Of a stretch of DNA of 64,000 nt, positions 9,342 through 19,126 are shown piece by piece. How positions within the stretch are numbered: position 1 is the first letter of the stretch; every line of letters begins with the position of its first letter. The notes under the pieces were generated by a model, which was not told the DNA's origin, ran no database searches, and saw only the letters and a program-made list of their open reading frames with translations. A program made the position numbers and the translations under genes. This DNA is from Candidatus Eiseniibacteriota bacterium (GTDB taxonomy: Bacteria; Eisenbacteria; RBG-16-71-46). Location of the stretch: NCBI GenBank assembly GCA_031370785.1, contig JANMQY010000016.1, positions 1-64,000 on the forward strand. The letters run 5' to 3'.

Positions 9342-10253
9342 TCAATGGGCGAGCAGCCGCGCGGACCACTCCAGGTAGTTCGTGCCCAGCTCCTTCAGCG
9401 CCTCGTCGGCCTGCTCGGGCTTGGGCGGCTTGCCGTGCCAGCGGTAGTCGTCGGCCATGTACGAGACGCCTTCTCCCATCACCGTGTTGGCGATGATCAC
9501 GCTCGGGTGGCCGCGATGCTCGCGCGCCGCGGCGAACGCGCGCAACACGTCGGCCATGTCGTGTCCCTTGCACGGGATCACGTTCCAGCCGAAGCTTCGC
9601 CATTTCTCGTCGAGCGGATTGATGTTCATGATGCTCTCGACGTCGCCGTCGATCTGCATGCGGTTGTAGTCGATGATCCCGCACAGGCTGTCGAGCTTAT
9701 AGTGCCCCGCGAACATGGCGGCCTCCCAGATCTGGCCCTCCTGCTGCTCGCCGTCGCCCATCACGCAGTAGATCCGCCGCGGGTGATGATCGATGCGTGC
9801 CGCCATCGCGACGCCGTTGCACACCGACAGGCCCTGCCCGAGCGAGCCGGCCGAGACCTCGATCCCGGGCGTGTCGTGTGCCGAGGGGTGGCCCTGGGTG
9901 TGACCATCGAACGCGCGGAACTTCATCAGGTCCCTGAGCGGGAAGTAGCCGCGCTCCGCCATCAGCGAATAGATCACCGGGGTCACGTGCCCGATCGAGA
10001 AGTGCCAGTAATCGCGCTCCGGCCACTTCGGATTCTTAGGATCGATGTTCAGCTCGTTGAAGAACAGCGCGGTGCCGAAGTCGGCGCACGAGAGCGGGCC
10101 GCCCGAGTGCCCGGTCTGGGACTTGGAGAGCATGGTGATGATGTCGCGCCGCACGTGCAGCGCCTTGTCCTTCAGCCGCTCGATGGGCCAGGTAAGTCGG
10201 CCGGGCCGATGCGCAGCCTCGAGATCGCTCGCGGAAAGGGCTTCAGGGGACAC
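9342..10253 (-). CDS. Transketolase, N-terminal subunit (split type)
   Basis: GHSGGPLS, QGHP, GSLGQGLS, ThDP motif GDGEQQEG...N, WHGK. Confidence 0.92.
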   Translation of the reverse strand: MSPEALSASDLEAAHRPGRLTWPIERLKDKALHVRRDIITMLSKSQTGHSGGPLSCADFGTALFFNELNIDPKNPKWPERDYWHFSIGHVTPVIYSLMAERGYFPLRDLMKFRAFDGHTQGHPSAHDTPGIEVSAGSLGQGLSVCNGVAMAARIDHHPRRIYCVMGDGEQQEGQIWEAAMFAGHYKLDSLCGIIDYNRMQIDGDVESIMNINPLDEKWRSFGWNVIPCKGHDMADVLRAFAAAREHRGHPSVIIANTVMGEGVSYMADDYRWHGKPPKPEQADEALKELGTNYLEWSARLLAH

Positions 10254-10298
10254 GCTCGGCCTCCGGAATGTGGTCTCAACTGTGGTTCTGAAGACACA

Positions 10299-10327
10299 AA
10301 AGTACCGGCGGCACCGGGCAGGGTCAA
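10299..10327 (-). promoter_or_regulatory. Sigma70-like promoter of the transketolase genes
   Basis: Minus strand TTGACC-N17-TACTTT. Confidence 0.5.
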
Positions 10328-10368
10328 ACCCGGTGCGCGCTGGCCTTCGAGTTTCCGTGCTTTCTTGA

Positions 10369-10986
10369 CTAGTGGTATTGCAGCTTCACCCTCCCCCAGC
10401 TCACACGCTTCGCCGGCGTGGTGTCGCACCGGTTGATCGCCGCGGGCGAGGGCGAACATCCGGTCGCGCCCGGCGCGAGGGTGCCGGTGTAGGGGTTGAG
10501 CGCATCGAACAGCGCCCACCCGCCCGAGCCGTCCGGGGATCGGCCAACCGCGCGATCGGCCGCGGCCTCGTGGCTCTTGAAGTGATAGCGGTCCACCACC
10601 AGCGACTCGGGCCCGCTGATCTGCCACAGGATCACATCGTCGCCGCTGTTGCCGAGCGAGAGCCCGAACGCGGGGCGGCCGAGCGCCCGCTCCCAGTCGT
10701 ACGACTCCTTGCCGAACACCAGCCGGCGCTCGCCGGCTCCCAGCGTTCCGCTGAACGCGAAGCGCGGGATCGAGTCGCCGTCGGTCAGGTAGAAGCCGGT
10801 CAGGTCGAGCGAAGCGGAACCGGTGTTGACGACTTCGACCCATTCGTCGTCACGTGACGAGAACGCGCCGCTGCCGTCCCAGTCGCGCGCCGGACCGGCG
10901 CAGAATTCGTTGAGACGCAATCCGTCGGCGGAAGCCGTCGCCGCGAACACGAGAAGGACGAGGGAAAACGTGAGACCCAGACGCAT
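10369..10986 (-). CDS. Secreted lamin-tail-domain (LTD) protein with C-terminal SWGxVK tail
   Basis: Signal peptide; LNEF, DEWVEVVNTG..LDLTGFYLTD, LGNSGDDVIL; ends TPAKRVSWGRVKLQYH. Confidence 0.8.
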   Translation of the reverse strand: MRLGLTFSLVLLVFAATASADGLRLNEFCAGPARDWDGSGAFSSRDDEWVEVVNTGSASLDLTGFYLTDGDSIPRFAFSGTLGAGERRLVFGKESYDWERALGRPAFGLSLGNSGDDVILWQISGPESLVVDRYHFKSHEAAADRAVGRSPDGSGGWALFDALNPYTGTLAPGATGCSPSPAAINRCDTTPAKRVSWGRVKLQYH

Positions 10987-11091
10987 GGAGTGCTCCTAGA
11001 GCGGGGACATGGCGCGGGAGCGGTTCAAGGCCGCAGCGATCCGCGGCCTCGAATCCTCTTGCAGGGCGTGTGCCGGATCGGCGAAAGCGAA

Positions 11092-11754
11092 CTAGCGCAG
11101 CGGAGCGGCCCGCTCGCCTGCCACGACCTCGCTCTCGAGCGAGAACAGGATCGGGCGGTGGAACAGGCTGGCTTCGTCGCCGAGCACGAGCCAGCTCACC
11201 ATGTCTTCATCGGTCACCAGCAGGCGGGGACGTGCGGTCTCATCGGGCACGTCGAACGCGAGCCTCAGCGTGTCGGTTGCCCCTGGCTCGAGCGCCCCGT
11301 CGAAGGGCCTGCGACGAAAGGCGCCGCTCATCGGATCGATGGACACGACACGCGCGCCGCGCTCGTCCACTGCGAACACCTGGAACGGCGCGAGATTCAT
11401 CGCGACGCGTCTGGCGTCGCTGCGTGCACGGATCTCGACCCACCAGCGCGTGCACCCCGGCGCGATCGCGAGCGCGTCCGGCACGCGACGCGCGGAGATC
11501 ACCGAGAAGTGCAGATCGCAGTCGAGTCCGCAGATCGACTTTTCGGTGCCGACCGGGAGCACCACCTCGCGGCTGAAGAGCGAGGCCGCGATCAGCGCGA
11601 TCAGGTAGACGCCACTCAGGCCGGCGAGCGCGAGAAGCGCGACGCGTGCCTTCTCGATGCGGCCGCGCGCCACCTCGACCAGCACGACCAGGCCGCCGCC
11701 CGCGAGGCAGGCGAGCAACGCGAAGAACGCCAGCCTGCCGATCAGCTGCAGCAA
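11092..11754 (-). CDS. Hypothetical membrane protein (2 TM helices plus a DUF4352-like soluble domain)
   Basis: Two hydrophobic helices, a CGLDC motif and LEPGATDTLRLAFDVP. Confidence 0.6.
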   Translation of the reverse strand: MLQLIGRLAFFALLACLAGGGLVVLVEVARGRIEKARVALLALAGLSGVYLIALIAASLFSREVVLPVGTEKSICGLDCDLHFSVISARRVPDALAIAPGCTRWWVEIRARSDARRVAMNLAPFQVFAVDERGARVVSIDPMSGAFRRRPFDGALEPGATDTLRLAFDVPDETARPRLLVTDEDMVSWLVLGDEASLFHRPILFSLESEVVAGERAAPLR

Positions 11755-11770
11755 GACCCTGCGCCCTGGC

Positions 11771-12940
11771 TCAGCGCGCGCGGACGCTGAGGTATTCGCC
11801 CATCCACGCGAGCGCGGTGCGCAGGTTGCCGAGACTGTTCGCGTACGAGAAGCGCAGGTAGCCCTCGCCGTGCGCGCCGAACGAGGTGCCGGACAGGCAG
11901 GCCACGCCCGCTTCTTCGAGCATCGCCCTGGCCAGCTCCGCGCTCTTCATGCCGGTGCCCTTGATGTTCGGGAACACGTAGAAGGCGCCGCGCGGCCGGA
12001 AGCAGGTGACCCCGGGAATCGCGTTCAGCCCCGCTACCATCTCGTCGCGGCGCACCCGGAACTCATCCACCATCGCGTGCACCTCGGCCTGCGGCCCGGT
12101 CAGCGCGGCGATCCCCGCGCGCTGCACGAACGAGGCGGTGCAGGAATTGGAGTTGGTCATGAGCCGCGCGATATGCACCGCGAGCGGCTTGCTCATGATG
12201 CCGAAGCCGAGTCTCCAGCCGGTCATGGCGTAGGTCTTCGAGAATCCGTCGAGCACGATGGTGCGCTCGGCCATCCCCGGCAGCGAGGCGATGGAGAGAT
12301 GCTTCCCCTCGTACTGGATGCGCGCGTAGATCTCGTCCGAGAGGATGTGGAAGGAATGCTTGCGCGCAAGCGCGGCAATGCCTTCGACGGTCTCCGGCTT
12401 GAGCACCGCGCCGGTCGGATTGTGTGGAGAGTTCAGCACCAGCAGCCTGGTGCGCGAGGTGATCTTCGACTCGAGCTCCTTGAGGTCCAGGTCGAAGCCG
12501 TTCTCCTCGCGTAGCGCGAGCGGGATCGGGCGCGCGTTGATGAAGTTCGCAACCGACTCGTAGATCGGAAAGCCGGGATTGGGATACAGCACCTCGTCGC
12601 CCTCTTCGAGCAGGGCGAGCATGGCGAAGAACATGATCGGCTTGGCGCCCGGAGTGACCACCACGTTGTCGAGGTCGCAGGGAATGTTGCGCTCGGCCTT
12701 CCACTGCTCGGCGATCACGGTGCGGAACTCGGGCAGGCCGGCGGAGGGGCCGTAGTGCGTCCAGCCTTCTTCCAGAGCGGCGACGGCGGCCTCGCGCACG
12801 AACTTCGGAGTCTCGAAGTCGGGCTCTCCGATCTCGAGATGGATCACCTTCTTGCCGGTGGCCTCGATGGCCTTCGCGCGCAGCGCGACTTCGAATGCGG
12901 TCTCGGTTCCCAGCCGGCTCATGCGCTGCGCGAACGTCAT
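11771..12940 (-). CDS. PLP-dependent aminotransferase class I/II (AspC-like)
   Basis: IGEPDF, VTPGAK, NSPHNPTG, SDEIY, GFSKTYAMTGWRLG. Confidence 0.93.
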   Translation of the reverse strand: MTFAQRMSRLGTETAFEVALRAKAIEATGKKVIHLEIGEPDFETPKFVREAAVAALEEGWTHYGPSAGLPEFRTVIAEQWKAERNIPCDLDNVVVTPGAKPIMFFAMLALLEEGDEVLYPNPGFPIYESVANFINARPIPLALREENGFDLDLKELESKITSRTRLLVLNSPHNPTGAVLKPETVEGIAALARKHSFHILSDEIYARIQYEGKHLSIASLPGMAERTIVLDGFSKTYAMTGWRLGFGIMSKPLAVHIARLMTNSNSCTASFVQRAGIAALTGPQAEVHAMVDEFRVRRDEMVAGLNAIPGVTCFRPRGAFYVFPNIKGTGMKSAELARAMLEEAGVACLSGTSFGAHGEGYLRFSYANSLGNLRTALAWMGEYLSVRAR

Positions 12941-12976
12941 GCGATCCTCCCGTGCGTGGCGCGTGCGCGCCCCTGG

Positions 12977-14380
12977 TCAACGGGTGCGCGTGCGCCGGAT
13001 CCAGTCCAGTGTCCAGTTTGCCCGCGGAAGCTTTCCTTCCACGAGCGAAAGATCGAGGGCGGCGCGGATCGTGCCGCGCGCCGCCGGTGCACTCACTTCC
13101 AGACGGCTGCGCTCCCCCGCCCCGGTCACGGCGCGCAGCACGAGTCGATCGATCCCCGCCTCGGGAAGATACAGGCTCTCGCCGCTTCGCACCCGGTACA
13201 CGCTGTGCGTCAGCCGTGCCGAGACGCCGGCCGGAAGCGCAACCGCGACGCGCACCGTGCTCACCCCGCGCACCGAGGAGCGGGCCCACGACCGTGCGCC
13301 CCAGGTTTCGCTGCGCACCCCGAGGAGGAGCGGCCCGCGCTCGCCGCGCCACTCGCCCCACAGCCCCTGCCGCAGTCCCCGCTCGGCGGAGACTCCGTCG
13401 GTCGGGGGTCGGCGCGTGCCGTGCTGCTCTTCAAATCCTACGACCAGTTCGGCATGTTGCGCCACGCGTGGCCGCAGTTCAAGCGTGGCGCGTGCGCCGC
13501 TCACTGCCGGCGCGAATCGCCACAGCGCGAGGCGCCCGCTCAGCGGGAGCGGTCCGCGCTCGCGAACCAGCGCCGCGGACAATGCTCGCGCCGGGCCGGC
13601 CCGGCTCGCAGCGGCGAGCGGGACGAACCCTTCGGTCCCGCCCCGTGCGCCGAGCGCGAGCCGCCAGTCGCCTGCCTCACGCGTGCCCGCGGCCTCGGCC
13701 CGCCACCGTCCGCGCCGATCCATCGCCAGCTCGGCCGATGCGTCCCCGGCCAGGCACCACGTGGAATACTGAGCCGCGCGTTGCGCAACCGCGCGTGAGG
13801 TGCCCGTGCCTTTCAATCGCAGGCGCGGCGAGGCGATCGCGGCGAGCCCGACCGGGCCGCGGGCCACGCTCACCCCGGCCAGGTCGCGGCGGGCGAAACG
13901 CCCGCCGAGCACAGCGACCGAGCTGCGTTCGCCGCGGCGATAGGTCCAGCCTTCGCCGGTGCGGCCGCGCGACAGCGCATCGTCGCGCTCGAGCGCGGTG
14001 CGCGTCCACGGATCGCCCGATCCACCAAGCACCACCCCGCGGCCCCAGCGTGGCGCGAGCCGTCCGGCGGCGAGCGTGCCGCCGAGCGCGCGCAGCCTGA
14101 CGTCGGCCCCGGCGAGCGGGTCGCCTGCGCCCTCGCGCACGCCGGCGCTCAGCTCATCGCCGCTCAGGCGCACGTGCTGGCGCCGGCGCATCGGACCGCC
14201 GCCCCGACCCGTTGCGCCAAAGTCCACTTCGACCTCTCCGCTCGAGAGTGTGTCCGTGTTCTCGGCTTCGTAGTCCTCACCCTCACGTGCCTCGGGCGGC
14301 GGCTCGAGCGCCCGAGCCGTGAGCGGCCGGAAACCCGCGAGAATGAGGAACAACATCAGCGCCCCGGCGGTGTGCCTCAT
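12977..14380 (-). CDS. Hypothetical secreted, probably beta-barrel protein
   Basis: Signal peptide, amphipathic beta-rich sequence, aromatic C-terminal strand WTLDW; start overlaps the upstream stop. Confidence 0.5.
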   Translation of the reverse strand: MRHTAGALMLFLILAGFRPLTARALEPPPEAREGEDYEAENTDTLSSGEVEVDFGATGRGGGPMRRRQHVRLSGDELSAGVREGAGDPLAGADVRLRALGGTLAAGRLAPRWGRGVVLGGSGDPWTRTALERDDALSRGRTGEGWTYRRGERSSVAVLGGRFARRDLAGVSVARGPVGLAAIASPRLRLKGTGTSRAVAQRAAQYSTWCLAGDASAELAMDRRGRWRAEAAGTREAGDWRLALGARGGTEGFVPLAAASRAGPARALSAALVRERGPLPLSGRLALWRFAPAVSGARATLELRPRVAQHAELVVGFEEQHGTRRPPTDGVSAERGLRQGLWGEWRGERGPLLLGVRSETWGARSWARSSVRGVSTVRVAVALPAGVSARLTHSVYRVRSGESLYLPEAGIDRLVLRAVTGAGERSRLEVSAPAARGTIRAALDLSLVEGKLPRANWTLDWIRRTRTR

Positions 14381-15246
14381 GGCGAGCGGTCGGCGGGAGG
14401 GGCGGGCGACGTGCCGGCGGACGCCGGATCGGGCATCGAGCGCGCGGCTCCGAATGACACGCTGAGCCGCACGGTCTCTCCGAGAACCGGATGTCCATCC
14501 ACCTGGGCGGCGATGGTCGCAGAGCGTGCCCGGGCCGCGAGCCCGAGTCCGCCGCGCAGCGGGCGCTCACGCGCCTCGATCCACGCGATGGCCGGACCCG
14601 TGACGAACGCGACACCGCCCGACAGCTCGCCCATGTCGCGCGCACCCCGGGACGGCGAGCGATGGAGGATCCATCCGCGTACCGGATCGGACTCCAGACC
14701 CACGCCCCACGTGAGCGGACGGGAGAGCGGGGGCAGCGTTCCGCGTCGCCACACCTGCGGCGCGCTCGTCCACACCTTGACCCCCGCAGAGGGCGCGAGC
14801 CACGCGCCGAATCCGATCTCGGCGCCGAGTCCCGGACCGAGCGCGCCGCCCAGAGCGCCGCGATCGCGATCGCGCCTCCCTGCCGCGCGAACACCCAGCC
14901 CCGCTCCATCGAGCGCGGCCCCGGCCGCGAGCGCGACGCAGGTCCAGCCCACCTCGGGCTCACCGGTCTGGGAGAGCCCGGCCGCGACGCGCGTCTTCCG
15001 CGCACCGAACCCAATGGCGACCGCGCGCGTCACGAGCTCGTCGAGCCCGTTCCAGCGCAGCACGAGCCCATCGAGCGCGAGCGCACCAGCCGCCGCGGGA
15101 AGAGCGCTCTCGAGAAACAGGACCGGCGCATCCCCGGGACCCGGCGGCGCGGGGGCGGCGAAGTCCTGTGCGCCGACCGCGCGCCCACCGAGCAGCGCGA
15201 TCAGCACGGCGAAGGAGAACGGGCGCCGGGCGCTGGGCGCGATCAC
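14377..15246 (-). CDS. Hypothetical exported protein, possibly a small beta-barrel
   Basis: GTG 15246 overlaps the upstream TGA. Signal peptide, Gly/aromatic strands, HPVLGETVRLSVSF near the C-terminus. Confidence 0.5.
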   Translation of the reverse strand: MIAPSARRPFSFAVLIALLGGRAVGAQDFAAPAPPGPGDAPVLFLESALPAAAGALALDGLVLRWNGLDELVTRAVAIGFGARKTRVAAGLSQTGEPEVGWTCVALAAGAALDGAGLGVRAAGRRDRDRGALGGALGPGLGAEIGFGAWLAPSAGVKVWTSAPQVWRRGTLPPLSRPLTWGVGLESDPVRGWILHRSPSRGARDMGELSGGVAFVTGPAIAWIEARERPLRGGLGLAARARSATIAAQVDGHPVLGETVRLSVSFGAARSMPDPASAGTSPAPPADRSP

Positions 15247-16856
15247 GGAACCACTCCTTCGATCCGCACCGCGCGCGATGCGGTCACGTTTGCCGATCCG
15301 TCTTCCGACTTCGCGCGCAGCACCACCACGTAGAGTCCGGCGGGCATGGCGTCGAGGCGTACCTTGCGCTCGGCGCGGCCGCTCGCGTTTTCCTCGGTGA
15401 GCAGTTTCGCCACCCTCCGCCCTTCGAGGTCGTATGCCTCGACACTTACCCACCCTCGCAGCCACGGCAGCGCCCATGCGATGCGCGAGCCACCCGCTCC
15501 CGCGCGAATGCGGGGCGGAGTGATCTCGAATCGGGACGCGAGGGGCGCCAGCACGCGTGGCGGGCGCAACGGCGTGCCCGCCGGATCAGAGGAAGGGCTC
15601 CAGCGATCGCCGTCACGCTCGAGAGGAACGCCGGCGGGAATGCCGGTGGCGGAATAGTCCACGCGATCCGAGCGCGTTCCGTCGCGCTCCCGGATCACGA
15701 CCGCGTCCGCGACGCCGCTCGTGTCGTTGGAGTTGTTGAGGCTCGCCCATGGCTTGACCGCGATGAGGCGCCCGGGATCGAGCGCGCCGGCGAATGCGAG
15801 CAGCGCGACCCGATCCTCGGCGAACACGGCGAGGCTCTCGGGGGCGAGCGCGGGCGCATCCGGATCCGGGACCCCGAGCGCAGCGCCTCGGTCCGAGACT
15901 CGAAACGAGGCGAGCTCACATGGCACCGAGTCGCGGCAGCGCACCTCGACCCATTCCCCCTCGCCGTGCGCCGGGTGATACTGGATCTCGGTGACCTCGA
16001 GCGGCCCCTTCCCCACTCGCACCCATGCCGAGTCCGAGTCGTTGTCGGGCCGCTCGTCTCCCGCAAGCGCTGCGTGCGCGATGGCGAGCGCCTTGCCCGC
16101 GGGAAGCGCCTGCAGCACCGCACTCACACGGGCGCTGTCGCCGGGCGCAAGCGCGGCCTCGATCACGCGCGACGCGGCGGAGTCCCCGAGGGACAGGCTG
16201 AGCGTCACGCGTCCGGGCTCTAGCGCGACCGCGCCGCGATTCACCACGGTCGCCGAGAGCCGCGCCTCCCCGTGCACGACCGGCTGCTCGGGATCGACCC
16301 TGAGCGAGCCGGCACGAAGCGCGACCTCGAGTCCCGGCTGGTTGGGCGCGCCCGTGGAGGGCGGCTGCGCTCTGAAGTCGAGCGCATTGCTCCCGAGAGC
16401 GGCGTCGTCCGGCACGCGGGCCAGCGCTTCACCCGATGCCGCGTCGACCGCGGGAGCGCCGCAGAAATATTCCGGATGGGCGAGCGCGCCCCAGCCCACG
16501 GTTTCGATCGCGCCGTCGGGCCAGACCAGGCGCACCGCGTCCGGCCCGTTCTGAAGATCGAGCGTGACCAGCGCGTCTGGCGCCGGCGCGACCAGCGCGC
16601 CGCCGATGACGAAGCGCGCGCGGGCGCGCATCGAGTCGCCGGCCTGCCCGGTCCAGCGCAGCGTCCAGCGTCCCGGACCCGCGCCATCTCCGGCCTCGAG
16701 CCGAAGGCCGGCGAGAGCGATCGCGTGCCCGGTCGGGTTGAACAGCTCGACGAATTCATGTCCCGAGTCGTCACCGATCGCGTCGTAGAACACTTCACCC
16801 ACGAGCGCACGATCCGCCGGCGTGCAGACGGCGAGGGAGAGCAGCAGGACGAACAT
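15243..16856 (-). CDS. Secreted protein with two LTD-like domains, a CARDB domain and a FlgD-Ig-like CTD
   Basis: EVFYD...EFVELFNP; ATVVNRG..DERPDND (CARDB); TEIQY..EWVE; VEAYDLEGRRVAKL...PAGLYVVVL. Confidence 0.75.
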   Translation of the reverse strand: MFVLLLSLAVCTPADRALVGEVFYDAIGDDSGHEFVELFNPTGHAIALAGLRLEAGDGAGPGRWTLRWTGQAGDSMRARARFVIGGALVAPAPDALVTLDLQNGPDAVRLVWPDGAIETVGWGALAHPEYFCGAPAVDAASGEALARVPDDAALGSNALDFRAQPPSTGAPNQPGLEVALRAGSLRVDPEQPVVHGEARLSATVVNRGAVALEPGRVTLSLSLGDSAASRVIEAALAPGDSARVSAVLQALPAGKALAIAHAALAGDERPDNDSDSAWVRVGKGPLEVTEIQYHPAHGEGEWVEVRCRDSVPCELASFRVSDRGAALGVPDPDAPALAPESLAVFAEDRVALLAFAGALDPGRLIAVKPWASLNNSNDTSGVADAVVIRERDGTRSDRVDYSATGIPAGVPLERDGDRWSPSSDPAGTPLRPPRVLAPLASRFEITPPRIRAGAGGSRIAWALPWLRGWVSVEAYDLEGRRVAKLLTEENASGRAERKVRLDAMPAGLYVVVLRAKSEDGSANVTASRAVRIEGVVP

Positions 16857-17033
16857 GCTTCACATTCGCAGGGGCGAGCGTGGCGTCAACGGCATGGTTT
16901 GCCGGTGGACGTTCCCGTGAACCGCGTGGTCAGCGCCGATGCGCAAGAAGCGCGAAGCGCGTGCCCTCGCACCGGGACGGTCGAGTCGCTGCAACGCTCG
17001 TGCCGACGGCAGCGCTTCAGACCGGACGAAACC

Positions 17034-17687
17034 TCAGGGCGCAGGAGCTTCGCGAGCGAGGCGGCCCGGCTGAAGGCACGGCAGCGCGACGCGGCGTTCC
17101 ATCTCGCCCCGCACCTGCTCGAGCAGGCCACGTGCGTTCGCGCTCATGACGCCTCTGCCGATCAGGGCCGGCAGGGCAACGCGAGGATCGGCCACCAATG
17201 CGTAGTGGACTCGAGTGCCGGTCGGCTCGGCGAGCAGCGTCCACGTCCCCGAGTACGCGGCGAAATCCCGCCCCAGCACGTCCCGGAACTCGATCCGATC
17301 GCCCGCGAACTCGTTCAGCTCGAGCAGCACGCGAATGATGCGCCGGAACGGAAAGACGCCGCCGACCGCGTCCTGGGCCAGGAACTGACGGCCGTCGGGT
17401 TGTCGCACCAGACGGCTCGAGCGCACCGAGCGCACGAAGGCGCCGATGTGCTCGTAGTCGGTGAGCACGCACCACGCCGTGGCCAGCGGCGCCGCGGTAT
17501 GGAACTCGCCCTCAACCAGATAGTGACCCGCGTGGTCGGCGACGATCATCGCAACATCGGAGGCTCCCGCGGGCGTATCCGCCAGCACCAGCATCAGCAG
17601 CAACGCCATGAGGCAGCCGCGAGCGCGGGGAACCGCGCTCACCGGCTGCCGAATCTGTCGGGAGAATCTCATGGCGCGAACATTCAC
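17034..17687 (-). CDS. SRPBCC/START (polyketide cyclase, COQ10-like) family protein, likely exported
   Basis: AWCVLTDYEHIGAFV, DFAAYSGTW. A signal-like MALLLMLVLADTPAGA follows a possible start at 17609. Confidence 0.75.
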   Translation of the reverse strand: MNVRAMRFSRQIRQPVSAVPRARGCLMALLLMLVLADTPAGASDVAMIVADHAGHYLVEGEFHTAAPLATAWCVLTDYEHIGAFVRSVRSSRLVRQPDGRQFLAQDAVGGVFPFRRIIRVLLELNEFAGDRIEFRDVLGRDFAAYSGTWTLLAEPTGTRVHYALVADPRVALPALIGRGVMSANARGLLEQVRGEMERRVALPCLQPGRLAREAPAP

Positions 17688-17704
17688 GATGGATCCTTCG
17701 TCGA

Positions 17705-19114
17705 TCAGAACGTGACCACGCCCTCCACCATCATGCCGCTGAACTCTCCGCCGTTGCGAATGTCGGTGGACGGGAAGTCCTTGTACTGCTGCTTCACGTA
17801 CTCCGCCTTGGCCATGAGGTTCGGAGTGATGAACCAGCCGCCGCCCACCTGCACGCGATCGACGGTGACGTCGTTCGCGAACCCGGCCAGCCGGCCCTTG
17901 ACCACGTTGTAGCGGCCGGCAGCGTAGAGCTGGTTGCCGGCGAAGCGGTAGAGCACTTCACCCGCGCTCTGGTTCCAGGTGCGGTCGGCGGTCTCGGTCG
18001 CGGCACGTCCCTTGGCCTGCTCGATGTTGCCGAACAGCTCGAGCCCGTGGAACTGGATGAACGGATTGAACACCATCGCGGTGATCTTGCTGCGCAGCCC
18101 GGGCTGCACATCGCCCGACCATGCCTGCGCGGCCTCGGTCGACACCGTGTTCTCGAGAACGTCGAAGTAGCGCGAACCGGCGCGGCTTCCGCTGTAGAGC
18201 GTGTTGTTGATCGACTTGGCGGTGGAGTAGATCGAGCCGGTCAGGCGCACACGGGTGTCGTCGCCGATGTTTCGGTCGAAGCCCACTTTGCCGAGATAGC
18301 TCGACGAGCGATTCTGCGGCTGGGCCACCTGGCCACGCACTTCACCGCCGGTCACTCCAACCATCGCCATCAGGCCATGCGCACGCAGGTACGCTTCGCC
18401 ACCGATCTCGGTGGTGAATGCGTCCATGATCAGATTGCCGACCAGCGGATTGAACATCGCCTGGCCGTTGTCGGTGCGCCGGAAGTGAGCGTCACCGTAG
18501 TTGATCTCGAAGTGCCCGACGCGCAGCGTCAGGACCTTCATGAGGTTGTTGAGGACTTCGACGTCGTAAGGCGAGCCATCGATGAGCAGGTAGCCGTCCT
18601 TGACCCACGTCTCGTTGTGGTGACGTGACGAGAGGTAGCTGGTCATCTCGACACGAATGCCGCGGGCGAGCTGGGCGTCCAGATAGAGGTTCGCCTGCGC
18701 GTTGTTGAATCCGTTGCCGATCCGGATCAGCTGGTTCAGATCGACCGTAGGCGGCACCGCGAACCGCGGAGCCGCGGTGTTCTTGTGCCTGAGCGCCTGA
18801 TACTCCTGGGTGAACGCCGCTCCCCACTCGAGCTTGAAGCCGGTGTACGGCACACCCTCTTCCTTCGGCGATTCGAACACATTGATGCCCCGCACATCGT
18901 GCGGCCGGACGTGCTGCACCTGAATCGGCTGCACGCCGCCGCGCTTGAGAACCTCGGCGAAAGGCCCGGGGTGGACTGCCGTGGTATCGGGAGCCGCGAC
19001 GTCCGAAGCGGTGCCTTCCTGAGCCGCGACCGGGCCTGCGAGCAGCGCAACGAGCGCTGCCGTGCCTGCGAACCGGGCCACCTTCTGCGCGCCAGGCAAT
19101 CTGAGTCCTTTCAT
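17705..19114 (-). CDS. Outer-membrane beta-barrel-like protein of unknown function
   Basis: Signal peptide (PVAAQE), alternating aromatic strands, C-terminal ...EGVVTF. Confidence 0.7.
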   Translation of the reverse strand: MKGLRLPGAQKVARFAGTAALVALLAGPVAAQEGTASDVAAPDTTAVHPGPFAEVLKRGGVQPIQVQHVRPHDVRGINVFESPKEEGVPYTGFKLEWGAAFTQEYQALRHKNTAAPRFAVPPTVDLNQLIRIGNGFNNAQANLYLDAQLARGIRVEMTSYLSSRHHNETWVKDGYLLIDGSPYDVEVLNNLMKVLTLRVGHFEINYGDAHFRRTDNGQAMFNPLVGNLIMDAFTTEIGGEAYLRAHGLMAMVGVTGGEVRGQVAQPQNRSSSYLGKVGFDRNIGDDTRVRLTGSIYSTAKSINNTLYSGSRAGSRYFDVLENTVSTEAAQAWSGDVQPGLRSKITAMVFNPFIQFHGLELFGNIEQAKGRAATETADRTWNQSAGEVLYRFAGNQLYAAGRYNVVKGRLAGFANDVTVDRVQVGGGWFITPNLMAKAEYVKQQYKDFPSTDIRNGGEFSGMMVEGVVTF

Positions 19115-19126
19115 GATCTCCTCCTC

